The notes: generated from the sequence alone by a model not told the origin. DNA of 64,000 nucleotides from an uncultured Methanoregulaceae archaeon (GCA_963717525.1 OY970343.1:736001-800000), one strand, 5' to 3'; numbered from the stretch's first letter, positions 1 to 11,816 are shown. A program made the numbers and translations.

Positions 1-1480
1 TCGCTTGCGATTGCGAATGCGACCCGCCCCGAGATCTTCTCGTTTGCATCCAACCGCCATGAGTATATTTCGGCAAAATACATCGCAAAAGTGGATACAT
101 ATGTAAAAAAATGGAACTACAGTTACGCAGAGAGCATGTCCATTGTTGCCGAGCGGACGCAGAATGAGATTCTCCGGAGCATGCTGAACCGGTATTCCAA
201 CTCAATCGACTCGGGTGTCCCGGACGAGGATTTTTTAGCAAACGAGCTTGCTACAGTCCGTAGTGTCTACCGGAACCAGCTGGAGCAGGGGATGTCCATG
301 CTGCAGAAATGGGGTGATGCCTACGTCGCCATGCTCCTTTCAGGGACCGTCATCGCCATCATCATTATGATATCGACGGTAATTTACGCTCCCGGAGATA
401 TCCAGACGACATTTGACATGTCATATGCAATTATCCTGGCCATATCTGTGTTTGGTATTGTCCTTATGTATACCTCAGTTCCTGACGATCCCAAAAGCCA
501 CGGGCTCTCTGAGCGTACTTCAAAGGAGCAGGGGACAATCCATGCCATGGAACGGATTATTGTCCCGGTAACGATTGCCCTGATCGTTATTCTCGCTCTG
601 CTTGGGGTCGCCGCGAGCCTGATCTTTATCCTCGCGGGCATCCTGATGGCCCCTCTTGGCATTATAGGTTTTATCGATGACCATAACATTACCCTGCGGG
701 ACAACGATTTTTCCGTGTTTATCAGGAGTTTTGGTGCGGTGATGGGCGGGCAGGGAACAACAGACTGTCTATGCGCTGGGGAGTATCGACCGAAAATCGC
801 TTTCCGCTCTTGAACCCCTGATCAATTCCGTTTATTCGAAGCTCAATCTCGGACTCGACGAAAAACAGTGCTGGGACAAGTTTATCGGGGAGGCTGGAAG
901 CAATCTCATCTACAAGTACCTCAACATTTACCGGGATACCGTGGCGCTCGGGGGTCCGCCGGAACCCATCGGGACGGTGGTGGGATCCTCGATGCTCGAA
1001 CAAACACTCCTCAGGGAGAAAAAGGACATGCTTGCACGAGGTTTTATCGTCCTTCTGGTACCGATGCATATCGCCATGATCGGTATATTCGTTGCACTGT
1101 ACCAGATACTCCTGGTACTCACCGAATCCGTGGCGAGCATGATGAGCCAGATGCAGAATGTGTCCGCATCATCGGGGGGTATGAGCGCCGGGATTTCCAT
1201 GGGAGGTGTATTTGGCGGCGGGATGAACCTTTTTTCCAACTTCCCGGCAGCAGCAATGCAGGTTTATGTAATCATAACTGTTTCTATTCTCACCATAGCG
1301 AACATTATTGCGGCACGCATTGTGGGCGGGGGGGATCGATACATGTATTATTTCTACGCGGCAATATTCTGCACATTGACAGGAGTTGTTCTTCTGTTTG
1401 CGCCAATGGTGGTGCAACTCTTCTTCAATCCACAAGCGCTGACGAACATGGGGGGCGGAGTTTCCGGGACAGGTACGTAA
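1..1480 (+). CDS. flaJ: Archaellum membrane platform protein ArlJ/FlaJ (5'-partial; apparent frameshift near 765)
   Basis: ORFs 91..813 and 941..1480 join through a frame change near 765 into a multi-TM GspF/PilC-like protein. It lies directly upstream of cheF and the che genes. Confidence 0.85.
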
Positions 1481-1481
1481 G

Positions 1482-2742
1482 ATGAAAGACAGTGTTCGCA
1501 GGCTGGTACTTTTTATTGTGATCGTGGGGCTTGGCTCTGCCATGATCTTCGTAGATATCCCGCTCGTCTACATGCTCCTCCTGATCATAGCGGTCGGGTT
1601 TGTCCTCCTCATCGTGCTTGGCACCATCACGGTTGCAGAGATAAAAAATGCCTTTTCCACGATAAGCCCCTCAAATCTTCGCGGGCGCACCTTTTTTGGG
1701 AAGTCGGGCTTCCCGCTGAAGTCCGAAAAGAAGCCATCAGCCCCGAAGGATGCCGGAGAAAAGAAGGCTCAGAAGACCGCCCCGAAAAAGCCGGCCGAAC
1801 CCTCCGGCGGGATCCGGGCTCATATCTCTTTGCTGGTTTCATCAGTGGGATCTCTTGGGAAGATCCTTACCGACCGCCGCAAACCCAGGAAAAAAGTCGA
1901 GGACATCGACAAACTGCTGGAACATACGATCACAGAGAAAGTCACCAGGAGCTCAGCGCTTGAGAGCGCCGCAGCAGTGCCGGCAGCAACCGGAGCTGGC
2001 CGGGGTAGTGCCGGTGGCTCTCTCCCGGCGGAGAGCGGGAAGGAGACCGACCCGTTCTTCTCTCTCCGGCGAAGAACTGGAGACCGGCCTGCTGGACGGG
2101 CTGGACGAGCCGGAGCTATCGACCCCGTCTCCGTCCCCCAAGGGCATACCGGTGCCTCAAGAGGCAGATCCCGGCCTTTCCATGCCGGATCTCGATATGC
2201 CTCCTCTGCCGGAAGAAACTGTTGACGATGCAAGCGCGATCCTCGCAGCACATGCCGGTGAGGTATCTGAAGAATTAAAAAGCCTTGAAAGCGAAGGAGA
2301 CGCCCTTGGCGGGGACCTTGGAGATCTCGACAGCATCAACCTTGACGATATTGATCTGGGAGACGACAGTGCCATGCTGGAAACGACCCCACTACCTGCC
2401 CAGCCCCAGTCTGCCGGACCTGGTACCGGATCCGGCAGCCTGGTCCCCGCAACCCCCATCACCCCTGCAGGGGCCTCTGGCGGTGCGCATGACCTGTCAG
2501 ATATCTCCTCCTTTGCTGCGGGCACTGCCCAGGGCAGTGATGAGGATATGCTCAGTTCGCTTGCCACTGACATCAAACACGTCACAAAGGAAAAAAATGT
2601 CAGCCTGCTCCGGGAATTAAAAGATTTTAAGGCACCGGCAACAGATATAGAAAAGGAACTTTCCGAGATCTCGGAGCAGCTCAATAATGCAGCAGGCAAA
2701 GGTGCAAAGAAACAATCCCAGGCCTCACAGGGAATGAAATAA
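1482..2742 (+). CDS. Membrane-anchored hypothetical protein with acidic low-complexity region (apparent frameshift near 2065)
   Basis: Two N-terminal TM segments in 1482..2225. The 1750..2742 frame continues as an acidic/Pro-rich tail after the TCTCTCTCC tract near 2060. Confidence 0.65.
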
Positions 2743-2811
2743 CTCTGGAAAGGAGAGAATTCAGGGTCCTTCCAGAGTACCAGACCTGGCAAAATCTTAT
2801 CTGTGTTTCCC

Positions 2812-3621
2812 ATGACAGAAGTCCCCTTAAAAGTTGAACATGACGGTAAATGGGTTGTCCTCAAAGCATCAGTAAGCGAAGACCGGATTACATTTCCTGA
2901 ACCGATCGATAAGGAGATCCTCTTCAAATCGATCTTTGATCTGGAGGAGAAAAAGAATGTCCTTGTTCTTACGGTCAAGGGAAATCCGGATTCTATCATA
3001 CGGATTGCCAGTGTCGAGAAAGTCCTCGTCGTTTTAAAACGCCTTATCCTCGCCGGTTGCAACGCTTACCGGCTCATGGCCTATTTCATGTCCCCGGCAA
3101 TCCGGGGAGGTGTGCTCGCCAAGAATGCTCAATGGGAAAAAGGCAGTATCGTGGTCGTAAAGACCGGAATCTGGTTTGTCAGTGCAGCAAAACAGATATG
3201 CGTGCCTCTTACTGATGTGGCGGCGATTGAACTGACAAAGCGCGAAGTTCAGGGCAAGCAGACCGATATCGTCCGGATCGATCATGTCGAGTCCGGGGAG
3301 GTTGTTTCCAGTCTTGTCCTGTGTCCCCTCTCCACCCTTCAGGTGCTTGCCAATTTCCTTAAGGATGCCACCAAGGGTATCGATATGGCCGGCAACGAAC
3401 TGGATGCCGTTGACCAGCAGGTCGCAATGCTTGTGTATTCCGGGATGGACTCCCACGCTATAGAGAACATGCTTAATATTCCCCATAAACAGCTCGACGA
3501 GATCTATGACCGGATTATCAAGCTGGGCATCGCAGAAGTGATCATTATCCGGCGGGAAGTCCAGCTGACAACAAAAGGGGTACGGTACATTTCGGATGCC
3601 ACAAAAACGCAAACAAACTAA
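2812..3621 (+). CDS. cheF: Chemotaxis adaptor CheF
   Basis: SPAIRGGV motif, C-terminal wHTH ending LTTKGVRY, and position between archaellum and che genes. Confidence 0.85.
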   Translation: MTEVPLKVEHDGKWVVLKASVSEDRITFPEPIDKEILFKSIFDLEEKKNVLVLTVKGNPDSIIRIASVEKVLVVLKRLILAGCNAYRLMAYFMSPAIRGGVLAKNAQWEKGSIVVVKTGIWFVSAAKQICVPLTDVAAIELTKREVQGKQTDIVRIDHVESGEVVSSLVLCPLSTLQVLANFLKDATKGIDMAGNELDAVDQQVAMLVYSGMDSHAIENMLNIPHKQLDEIYDRIIKLGIAEVIIIRREVQLTTKGVRYISDATKTQTN

Positions 3622-3688
3622 AATTACGTCTGTTTTTTCTCCACTACTCATTTATAGCATGATACTCAAACACTCTGTCTGATACTCC

Positions 3689-4051
3689 ATGGGAACTATT
3701 CTGATCGTGGACGATACGCTTTTCATGAGAACCCTTCTCAAAAATATTCTCTTTTCGGGCGGCCACACGATTGCCGGTGAGGCAGCAAACGGTGAAGAAG
3801 CGGTCGCCAAGTACAAGGAACTCAAACCCGATCTTGTCACTATGGACGTGGTGATGCCCAAGGTGAACGGGATCGAAGCGTTAAAGGCGATCAAGCAGCT
3901 GGATCCTGCTGCCCGGGTCATCATGTGCACCGCCGTCGGGCAGGAACAGATGGTCAAGCTCGCCATCAAGACCGGGGCCAAAGGGTATATCGTCAAGCCG
4001 TTTCAAGCTCCCAAGGTTCTCGAAGAAGTCAAAAACGTGCTTGCGTCCTGA
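3689..4051 (+). CDS. cheY: Chemotaxis response regulator CheY
   Basis: Single receiver domain (ILIVDD, DLVTMDVVMP, YIVKPF) in a che operon. Confidence 0.93.
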   Translation: MGTILIVDDTLFMRTLLKNILFSGGHTIAGEAANGEEAVAKYKELKPDLVTMDVVMPKVNGIEALKAIKQLDPAARVIMCTAVGQEQMVKLAIKTGAKGYIVKPFQAPKVLEEVKNVLAS

Positions 4052-4056
4052 CAGCC

Positions 4057-5106
4057 ATGGCAAAGGTTCTCATTGTCGATGACTCCGTGTTTATGCGGAC
4101 GGTCATCCGGGACATGCTGCAAAAGGACCCTTCACTTGAGATAGTGGGAACCGCATCAAACGGGATCGAGGCACTCGAAAAGATCAAGAACCTCAGGCCT
4201 GATCTTATCACGCTGGACATCGAGATGCCCCGGATGAACGGCCTTGAAGTGCTGCGCGAGCTTAAAAGTGCGGAATGGCACCCGAAAACCCTCATGCTCT
4301 CCTCGCTCACCTCGGAAGGTGCAGAGATGACTGCCGAGGCGATCCGGCTGGGCGCCGATGACTTCATGCTCAAGCCAAAGGATGTTCCCCAACTCAGGCT
4401 TATTGCGGACGAGCTTATTGCAACGATACGTCATCTTCTTACCTCCCCTCCATCTCCCCGCAAAGAGCCGTCCGTAGTCACGCAGCGGGACAGGAATGCC
4501 GAATGTGTCGTCCTGATTGGTTCCTCGGCTGGCGGACCGCCCATGCTTGATGTAATCCTCTCAAAACTGCCAGCGGATCTCAGGGCAGGTGTGGTGATTA
4601 CCCAGCATATGCCCGTAGGATTTACTGCACCGCTTGCTGCCCGGTTCAACCGTCTCGCCCACATGCCGGTGAAAGAGACGGAAAACGGGGATATGCTTAA
4701 GAACAGTTCGGTGTTCCTCTCAAAGGCCGGTGTCCACACCATGATAAGTGCAGCGCTGACCCGGGAAGGGAAACGAACGGGGAGGATCATCCATTCCAGC
4801 GCCCCACCGGTTCATGGGGTACGGCCGGCCGTTGACAAGATGTTTGAGTCCGCTGCCCGGGTCTATGGGAAGAACGTGGTAGCGGTTATCTTAAGCGGGA
4901 TGGGCAACGATGCCGGTGCCGGGGCAGCAGCCATCAGGGAGGCTGGTGGAACAACTATTCTCTGCGATCAGAAGGACTGTCTCGTTTACGGTATGGCAAG
5001 ATCCGCCATCCAGCATAATGCGGTGGATCAGGTGCTCCCGCTTGCAAATATCCCTGAAGCCGTGGAAAGGATCGTAGGGAAGATGACGGAGGACTGCAAT
5101 GTCTGA
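4057..5106 (+). CDS. cheB: Protein-glutamate methylesterase CheB
   Basis: Receiver domain plus methylesterase motifs GSSAGGP, QHMP, RPAVD, LSGMGNDG-like. ATG at 4057. Confidence 0.93.
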   Translation: MAKVLIVDDSVFMRTVIRDMLQKDPSLEIVGTASNGIEALEKIKNLRPDLITLDIEMPRMNGLEVLRELKSAEWHPKTLMLSSLTSEGAEMTAEAIRLGADDFMLKPKDVPQLRLIADELIATIRHLLTSPPSPRKEPSVVTQRDRNAECVVLIGSSAGGPPMLDVILSKLPADLRAGVVITQHMPVGFTAPLAARFNRLAHMPVKETENGDMLKNSSVFLSKAGVHTMISAALTREGKRTGRIIHSSAPPVHGVRPAVDKMFESAARVYGKNVVAVILSGMGNDAGAGAAAIREAGGTTILCDQKDCLVYGMARSAIQHNAVDQVLPLANIPEAVERIVGKMTEDCNV

Positions 5107-7060
5107 ATTTGAGCAGTACCGGTCGCTCTTTGTTGCCGAATCCCGGGAAAACCACGAAAACCTGGTTAACAACCTTCTCGTGCTGGAGAAAGGTGCCGAC
5201 CAGAACGCCATCGACGAGATCTTCCGGTCGATCCATACGCTCAAAGGTGCATCTGCATCCATGGGGTTTGCGGACATGGAGCGCCTCTGCCATACGATGG
5301 AGGACGCGCTGCAGCTGATCCGGAGCGGCAGTGCCGAGATGTCCGAGGACCTGGGAAATGTGCTCCTTTCCTGCACCGATCTGATCGAGGAGATGCTCGA
5401 CGACATCGAGGCAGGAGGGGACTCATCCTCCAAAAACCCCGACAAACAGGTACATGCATTGCATGCCTGGCTGCAGCAGCAGGATGCCGGTGTGCCGGAG
5501 AAGAAAAGGGGGCATGGCCCGCATAAGATTGAAGCAGTCATTCCGGAAGAACTTCCGCCCGAAAAGTCTCCTATGCAGGATGCCGGGACGGAATATGCGA
5601 TGACGATTGTGGTCGCCCCGGACTGCATGATGAAAGATGTTCGTGCCCTGATTGCGATCCAGAACCTGGAAGCGCTTGGGACTATCCGATCAATGCAACC
5701 GTCAAAAGAGGAGATCGACGAAGGGGAGTTTGACGGGACAATCCATCTCACGGTTGCAAGTGATGCCGGGGAGGAAGCGATCAGGACCGCAGCGCAGGGG
5801 ACCGAGATCGCGACCGTCGAAATCCGGGTGCCCGAAGAGCAGATGGCGGTTCAGGCAGAACCCGTTGCCGGGAAAAGGCCCTTGGAACCTGACCGGAAAC
5901 AGTCTTCGGCACCGGAGAAGAACCGGGAGATAAAAAATCTCCGTGTCGACATCACCCAGCTTGACCATATCATGAACCTCGTTGAAGATCTCGTGATCAA
6001 CCGGGGCCGGCTCAAACAGATCGCAGACGATAATAAGATAAAAGAGATGGATGAGGCGATCAGCATGGTCGAGCGGTCGGTGTCCGAGCTCCAGAACCTG
6101 ATGATGGCCATCCGCATGATCCCGCTCTCCCATATCTTCAACCGCCTGCCCCGGGTCGTCCGCGATGTCGCCCAGTATGACCACAAGGAGGTTGAGTTTG
6201 TCATGGAAGGCGGAGAAACCGAGCTCGACCGGAGCGTGATGGACGGCCTCAACGATCCCCTGCTGCACCTAATCAGGAACGCGGTAAACCATGGCATCGA
6301 GGATCCGGCGATCCGGATAAAGGCAGGAAAGCCTGCAAAAGGGCTCGTGCAGCTCAGCGCTCACCGGGACCGGGACAATGTCATCATCAAACTCACGGAT
6401 GACGGTGCCGGTATCAATGTCGAAAAGGTCAAGAAGAAAGCCGTGGAAAAAGGGCTCATAATACCTGAAACTGCTGCCACCCTCACTACAGATGAGGCAA
6501 TCGACCTGCTCTTCCAACCGGGTTTCTCCACCGCGGATACCATAACAGACATATCGGGAAGAGGCGTCGGCCTGGATGTGGTAAGACGGTCGATCGAATC
6601 GCTCAAAGGCACCATCAGGGTCGAGACGACGCCCGGCAAGGGAAGTGTTTTTGAGCTGCTGCTTCCTCCCACCATGGCCATTGTCGATGTGATGATCGTC
6701 CGGATCAATAACAAGCGCCTTGGGATTCCCATCAGCAGCATCGTCGAGGTGGCAAACTTCAGAAAGGACGGTATGCACCGTATCGGGAAAGGTGATGTGA
6801 TCCTTATCAGGGATGAAGTGCTCCAGATCCTCTGGCTTGATGACATGGTCGGGAGCTCGGACCAGTGCGAGATCCTCATTGTCGTCCAGTACCAGAAACG
6901 GAAATGCTGTATTCCCGTCGACGCTGTAGAAGGGAAGCAGGAAGTCGTTGTAAAGCCGTTGAGCAGTTTTATCGGGACCACAAAAGGGATCAGCGGGGTT
7001 ACCATTCTCGGGGATGGCGATGTGGTGCCGGTTCTTGATGTAAACACGATGCAGGAATGA
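5099..7060 (+). CDS. cheA: Chemotaxis histidine kinase CheA
   Basis: Hpt (IFRSIHTLKG), HLIRNAVNHG, DDGAG, GFST..SGRGVGLD, C-terminal CheW-like domain. Confidence 0.96.
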   Translation: MSEFEQYRSLFVAESRENHENLVNNLLVLEKGADQNAIDEIFRSIHTLKGASASMGFADMERLCHTMEDALQLIRSGSAEMSEDLGNVLLSCTDLIEEMLDDIEAGGDSSSKNPDKQVHALHAWLQQQDAGVPEKKRGHGPHKIEAVIPEELPPEKSPMQDAGTEYAMTIVVAPDCMMKDVRALIAIQNLEALGTIRSMQPSKEEIDEGEFDGTIHLTVASDAGEEAIRTAAQGTEIATVEIRVPEEQMAVQAEPVAGKRPLEPDRKQSSAPEKNREIKNLRVDITQLDHIMNLVEDLVINRGRLKQIADDNKIKEMDEAISMVERSVSELQNLMMAIRMIPLSHIFNRLPRVVRDVAQYDHKEVEFVMEGGETELDRSVMDGLNDPLLHLIRNAVNHGIEDPAIRIKAGKPAKGLVQLSAHRDRDNVIIKLTDDGAGINVEKVKKKAVEKGLIIPETAATLTTDEAIDLLFQPGFSTADTITDISGRGVGLDVVRRSIESLKGTIRVETTPGKGSVFELLLPPTMAIVDVMIVRINNKRLGIPISSIVEVANFRKDGMHRIGKGDVILIRDEVLQILWLDDMVGSSDQCEILIVVQYQKRKCCIPVDAVEGKQEVVVKPLSSFIGTTKGISGVTILGDGDVVPVLDVNTMQE

Positions 7061-7067
7061 ACAGTCC

Positions 7068-7679
7068 ATGAAGCTATCAGCAGTTCAGGTAGATGCAATG
7101 CAGGAACTGGGAAATATCGGGGCAGCGCATGCCGCGACCACCCTTTCCCAGATGCTGTCGAGCACCGTTGAGATGAGCGTGCCCAAGATCAAAGTCGTGG
7201 ATGTCGCGCAGCTGGCAGACTACATCGGGGATGAACCAGCGGCGCTTGTGGTCTTCGAGCTCCAGGGTGAGATCCCGCACGGGGGGTATATTATCGTCTA
7301 TATCTCCCGGAAATCGGCGGTCCGCCTGACCAACACGATGCTCGGCCTGACCGACCCGGATCGCCCGCTCAACGAGATGGACGAAAGCGCCCTTTTAGAG
7401 GTCGGCAATATCATGGCGTCGGCATTCCTGGATGCCACCGCTGAACTCCTCGGTTTTATCATGCTCCCCTCTCCCCCGGCGCTCACGATCGATATGGCGC
7501 ATGCCGCCATGCAGTCGCTCATCGCGCAGATGCAGGAAGAGATCGATGAGGTCATGCTCTTTTCGACTGAACTGGTCTGTGAGGAGCACAGGATCGACAG
7601 CGACATTATCATGATGCCGGAAGCAAGCATGCTCAAAACGTTTGTCGAACGCCTGGAAAACCTGATGAATCCAAGCTGA
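7068..7679 (+). CDS. cheC: CheY-P phosphatase CheC
   Basis: Two E-x-x-N motifs (ELGNIG, EVGNIM), each followed by an S-x-P segment. Confidence 0.9.
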   Translation: MKLSAVQVDAMQELGNIGAAHAATTLSQMLSSTVEMSVPKIKVVDVAQLADYIGDEPAALVVFELQGEIPHGGYIIVYISRKSAVRLTNTMLGLTDPDRPLNEMDESALLEVGNIMASAFLDATAELLGFIMLPSPPALTIDMAHAAMQSLIAQMQEEIDEVMLFSTELVCEEHRIDSDIIMMPEASMLKTFVERLENLMNPS

Positions 7680-7695
7680 CTGCACCTGACCCGGA

Positions 7696-8187
7696 ATGTC
7701 TGAACCAGCCCCTCAGGACAAAGCACCTGTCATGATTGGTATCGGTGAGTACCACGTGGGTTCCGGGCCCATGATGACCATCGGACTTGGATCCTGCATT
7801 GGCCTGACCGTCTATGACCGTGATCTTCACATCGGTGCCATGGTGCATATCATGCTGCCCGAGAGTTCCGGGCGCACGGGACGGCCGGGAAAATACGCAG
7901 ATACCGCAGTCCCGCTCCTTATCAGTAAACTCGCCGAGCGGGGCTCCCAGCGCACTTCGCTTGTGGTAAAGATGGCTGGCGGGGCATGCATGTTTGAATA
8001 TTTTGGCAACAATCTCAACATTGGCGAGAGGAACGCAGAACGAATACGTGTCATTCTTGCAGAGCACCATCTCCGGCTCAGCGCGGAGGAGGTTGGCGGA
8101 AAAGCCGGAAGGACTGTGGCATTTTACCCGGACGCAGGCGGAAAAGTGACTGTCAGGAGTGCTGATGGTGCTGCACATGAGATATAA
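7696..8187 (+). CDS. cheD: Chemoreceptor glutamine deamidase CheD
   Basis: GLGSCIG, HIMLP, KYAD, NIGERN motifs. Confidence 0.93.
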   Translation: MSEPAPQDKAPVMIGIGEYHVGSGPMMTIGLGSCIGLTVYDRDLHIGAMVHIMLPESSGRTGRPGKYADTAVPLLISKLAERGSQRTSLVVKMAGGACMFEYFGNNLNIGERNAERIRVILAEHHLRLSAEEVGGKAGRTVAFYPDAGGKVTVRSADGAAHEI

Positions 8188-9384
8188 TCCTGTTTTTTAT
8201 TTCCTGCTCGCACTCTGCCTTATACCGGTTGCAGCGGGAGCCGATCCTACGACGGCTAATGTGTCAGGCGGGCAGCACGCGGGAGCAGTTTACCTCTTTC
8301 GTCCCACCTCAGATTCGATCCCTTCTGCACAGGTGAATGCGATCATCAACGGCCTGCATGGCGAAGTTCTAATAGCCACTCCGCTGGGCCTTTCGACATA
8401 CGATGGCAGCTGGAGTACCCGGCATATCAACCGGAACAATCTTTCGAATGGCCTTTTGGATAATTTTGTCACTGCGCTGGCCTACGACAGCTCCGGCAAT
8501 CTCTGGATCGGGTATGCGGGAGGGATCCAGATCTATAACGGGCGCGATTATCAGATCATCACCGACCAGCAACTCTTAAAAAGCCTCCAGATCCGGGCAC
8601 TCCAGCGCTGGAATGATGAGATGTGGATTGCGACCGGGAATGCTGGGTTAAACCAGTACAACAATGGTAACTGGACATGGTACGCACCATACTCCCCGGG
8701 CGGCCCGGGGTTCTATGAGGCAGACAGTTTGGCGCTTGACAGCGCAACCGGTACACTTCTTGTGGGTACCAGCCAGGAAGGACTCTGGGCTGTAACAGAA
8801 TCAAATGGAACGATTCTCTTTGCCAAAATTCAGGATAAAAACGATCCCTGTGGCCTGCTCGGCCAGGTCCGTCAGGACCCGCTCGGAGGTGCGTACTTCT
8901 TTAATTCGACTGAAGTGGCGCACTATACTGCTGACACCGGATTTACCCCGATCCTCTCCAAGGGAGATTTTTACGGGGGGCCCTATGCCATCAACGATGT
9001 GGCCGCGGGAACCGGCGGGGCCCTGTATGTAGCAACCGAGGACGGCATTTACGTCTGGGAGAAGGGGGCGATCACCCGGCACCTGGGGACGTTTGAGGGA
9101 TTTGGCACCAACTCGCACAGCATCAGGAGGATCTTTATCGATGCTATGGGCCGGCTCTGGTTCTCTACACCGGATAATATCGGGTATATACCGGGGATGT
9201 CCCAACCGTCCCCCTGATTGCCGTTGAGACGATAACCCCCACTCCAACGCCGACACTGGTCCCGGTAAATGTGTCGCTGACGATAACCCCGGCGCCGGGC
9301 ACGCCCCCGGAGAACCACTCACTCCTTGACCGGATTGCTGGTTTCTTTGCCGGGTTCCTGCCCTTCCTCCACCCGTCGGGCTGA
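8177..9384 (+). CDS. Secreted beta-propeller protein (two-component-regulator propeller type) with Pro/Thr tail; apparent frameshift near 9190
   Basis: Signal peptide and repeated blades such as V(T)ALAYDSSGNLWIG and IFIDAMGRLWFST. After about 9190 another frame gives TPTPTPT and a hydrophobic tail to TGA at 9384. Confidence 0.7.
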
Positions 9385-9416
9385 GACGGGACCATTTTGT
9401 CTAGGTGCCCGGGAAC

Positions 9417-11189
9417 CTATTCCTCGTCCGCGGCGTAATAATAGTACTCCCCCCGGCTCTTTTGTTCCCGGTCAAGGAACGAGTTGGGCTTATTGATCCG
9501 GGCCGGCCGGTCTGGTCCCTGCGGAATGTTACGTCCAGCGCCTCTAAGAACCGGTTCATCCCTTCCCGCATGGCAAAGGGACCGGCGGCGGTACCTGCCA
9601 CTCCCGGCTCGCCTTCAAAAACGAGGATTCGCTCGCTGATCATATCGATAAGGTAGATGTCGTGATCGATGACGAGGATCGCCACTTCCTTTCCTTCTGC
9701 ATGGTGCTTGATGAGCCGGGTCACCTTCACGCGCTGCTCGACATCGAGGTGGGCGCTCGGCTCGTCGAGGATATAGAGATCAGCATCCCGTGAGAGGCAG
9801 GCGGCGATTGCCACCCGCTGGAGCTCCCCCCGCTCAGGGAATCGACCGGCGACTGGAGGATAGCCGAAAGCGAGAGCGATTCGAGAATTTCGTGCTGGTA
9901 ATAGGAGCTGTCAAATTTACTGGTACATGAACGGAGGTATATTTCGACGGAAGCTGAGGTCTCCGGCTTGATGTACTGCGGCTTGTAAGAGATCTTCAGC
10001 GTCGTGTCCATAGCCCCGGAATCAGGTTTCTCCTCGCCGGCAAGCAGCTTCGCAAAAGTACCTCTTTCCCATGCCGTTTGCGCCGATGACCCCGAGCACT
10101 TCCCCGGCTCTGATCGTGCCGCCCGCGATTGTGAGATGGAAGGTCTCGTAGTTCTTGGTGAGCGCGGGGACCTCCACGAGATCCTCCCTTTTTGATCCTT
10201 TCTCATGAGCCCGTTTTTCGAAGACCACCTGCGAGTCCCTGAAGCGCACGTTCTCCTCGGCAAGATAGCCTTCGAGGTACTGGTTGATGCCGACCCGGAC
10301 CCCTTTTGGCCGGGTGATAACCCCAAAGACTGCCGGCTTTCCATACCCGATGTGCACCGTATCGGCAAGCATGTCGAGGATGGCGAGATCGTGTTCGACG
10401 ATAACGACCGGGCGTTCCGCGGCGAGTTCCCGTATCAGCTTGGCTGCCGAGATACGCTGGTAGATATCCAGAAACGGCGTAATTTCGTCGAGGAAATAGA
10501 GATCGGCGTTTCGTGCAAGGCAGGCGGTGATTGCCACCCGCTGGAGTTCTCCACCGCTCAGCGTGCCGATGGGGTGGTTGAGGATTGCATCGAGTTTGAG
10601 CGCAGGAATCGAGCTCTTCAAGCTTACCCCTCTCATCAGTTGTTTTGAGCAGGTCGCGGGTCGTCCCGGAGAACATTTTCGGGATAAAATCGATATACTG
10701 GGGCTTGACTGCGATCTTCTTGCTCTTTTTTGAGACGGTCTGGAGATAGTCGAAGAGTTCGGTCCCGGCATAGCGTTTCAGGATCTCTTCCCAGGCAACT
10801 TCGGAATCGAAATTCCCCAGATTGGGCCGGAGCTGGCCAGAGAGGATCTTGACGGCAGTGCTTTTCCCGATACCGTTTGCGCCAAGAATACCGGTCACCT
10901 TTCCCTGCACCGGTATGGGGAGACCATAGAGAGCAAACCCGTTCTGCCCGTACCGGTGGGTGGGATGTTCGAGTTCCTCGGGAAGGCTGACAATATCGAT
11001 GGCATCAAACGGGCATTTCTTGATGCAGATGCCGCAGCCGACACAGAGCTCTTCGGATATGACAGCCTTGCCATCCTCGCCGATGACTACGGTCTCGTCA
11101 CCGGTCCGTACCCGGGGGCAGTAAATGATGCACTCGGTCCCGCACTTCTTCGCGTGGCAGCGATCCTTGTGGACGATGGCGATTCTCAT
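9417..11189 (-). CDS. rli1: Ribosome recycling ATPase ABCE1/Rli1 (split by several apparent indels)
   Basis: N-terminal 2x[4Fe-4S] region (CVGCGICIKKCPF), HRYG, two ABC domains (GANGIGKST, LSGGELQRVAI, LDEPSAHLD) spread over ORFs 10203..11189, 10022..10771, 9727..10368 and 9401..9814. Confidence 0.93.
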
Positions 11190-11210
11190 GGGGATCAGGA
11201 TGAACCGGGA

Positions 11211-11816
11211 TCAGGCCTGGGCAGCCGGAAAGACGGTGATATAATCGATCTTCGTTATCGTATTGGTTCCGTCGGCATTTGCGGTGGTGAGGTTCACCGT
11301 GAAGTTTCCCGCAGATGCGTATGTCTTTTCCGGGTTCTTTACCAATGAAAACGTGCCGTCGCCGAAACTCCAGTTCCACGAAGTCGGGGTGTTTGCGCTG
11401 GTGTCGTTGAACGATACGGCGAGCGGGGCGGTGCCGGAACTAATGTTTGAAGAGAAACCGGCGAACGGTACCATGGCTGAAAGCAGGATTGTCCATGTCA
11501 TGCCCCAGAACGCAAAGGTCATGAATCCCTGGTAGAGCCAGTCTTTTGCTCCCAGTTTTGAGGAATCGATCTGCATGAGGATGAAGATATGCCGCTGGAG
11601 CACCACACCGGCAAGCATCAGCATGAAGGCAAGAAGCCCGATATCGGTTTTTACGGTGACCTGCAGGTAATAGGAGAGTATCCCGGCAAGAATACCGGCG
11701 ATGCAGGCGACCAGCGTCTTTTTGATCCTGACTATGTGTTCCGCCTGCTTCTCCATTTTTGTCTTCTTTTTTTTGGGAAGGAGGGTTTGGTCTTCTACAT
11801 GCACGTCTTCGGTCAT
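11211..11816 (-). CDS. EMC6-like 3-TM archaeal membrane protein fused to a C-terminal PKD domain
   Basis: Three TM helices ending KDWLYQGFMTFAFWGMTWTILL, then a PKD signature (GTAPLAVSFND..SWNWSFGDG..YASAGNFTVNLT). The EMC6 assignment is by resemblance only. Confidence 0.65.
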   Translation of the reverse strand: MTEDVHVEDQTLLPKKKKTKMEKQAEHIVRIKKTLVACIAGILAGILSYYLQVTVKTDIGLLAFMLMLAGVVLQRHIFILMQIDSSKLGAKDWLYQGFMTFAFWGMTWTILLSAMVPFAGFSSNISSGTAPLAVSFNDTSANTPTSWNWSFGDGTFSLVKNPEKTYASAGNFTVNLTTANADGTNTITKIDYITVFPAAQA

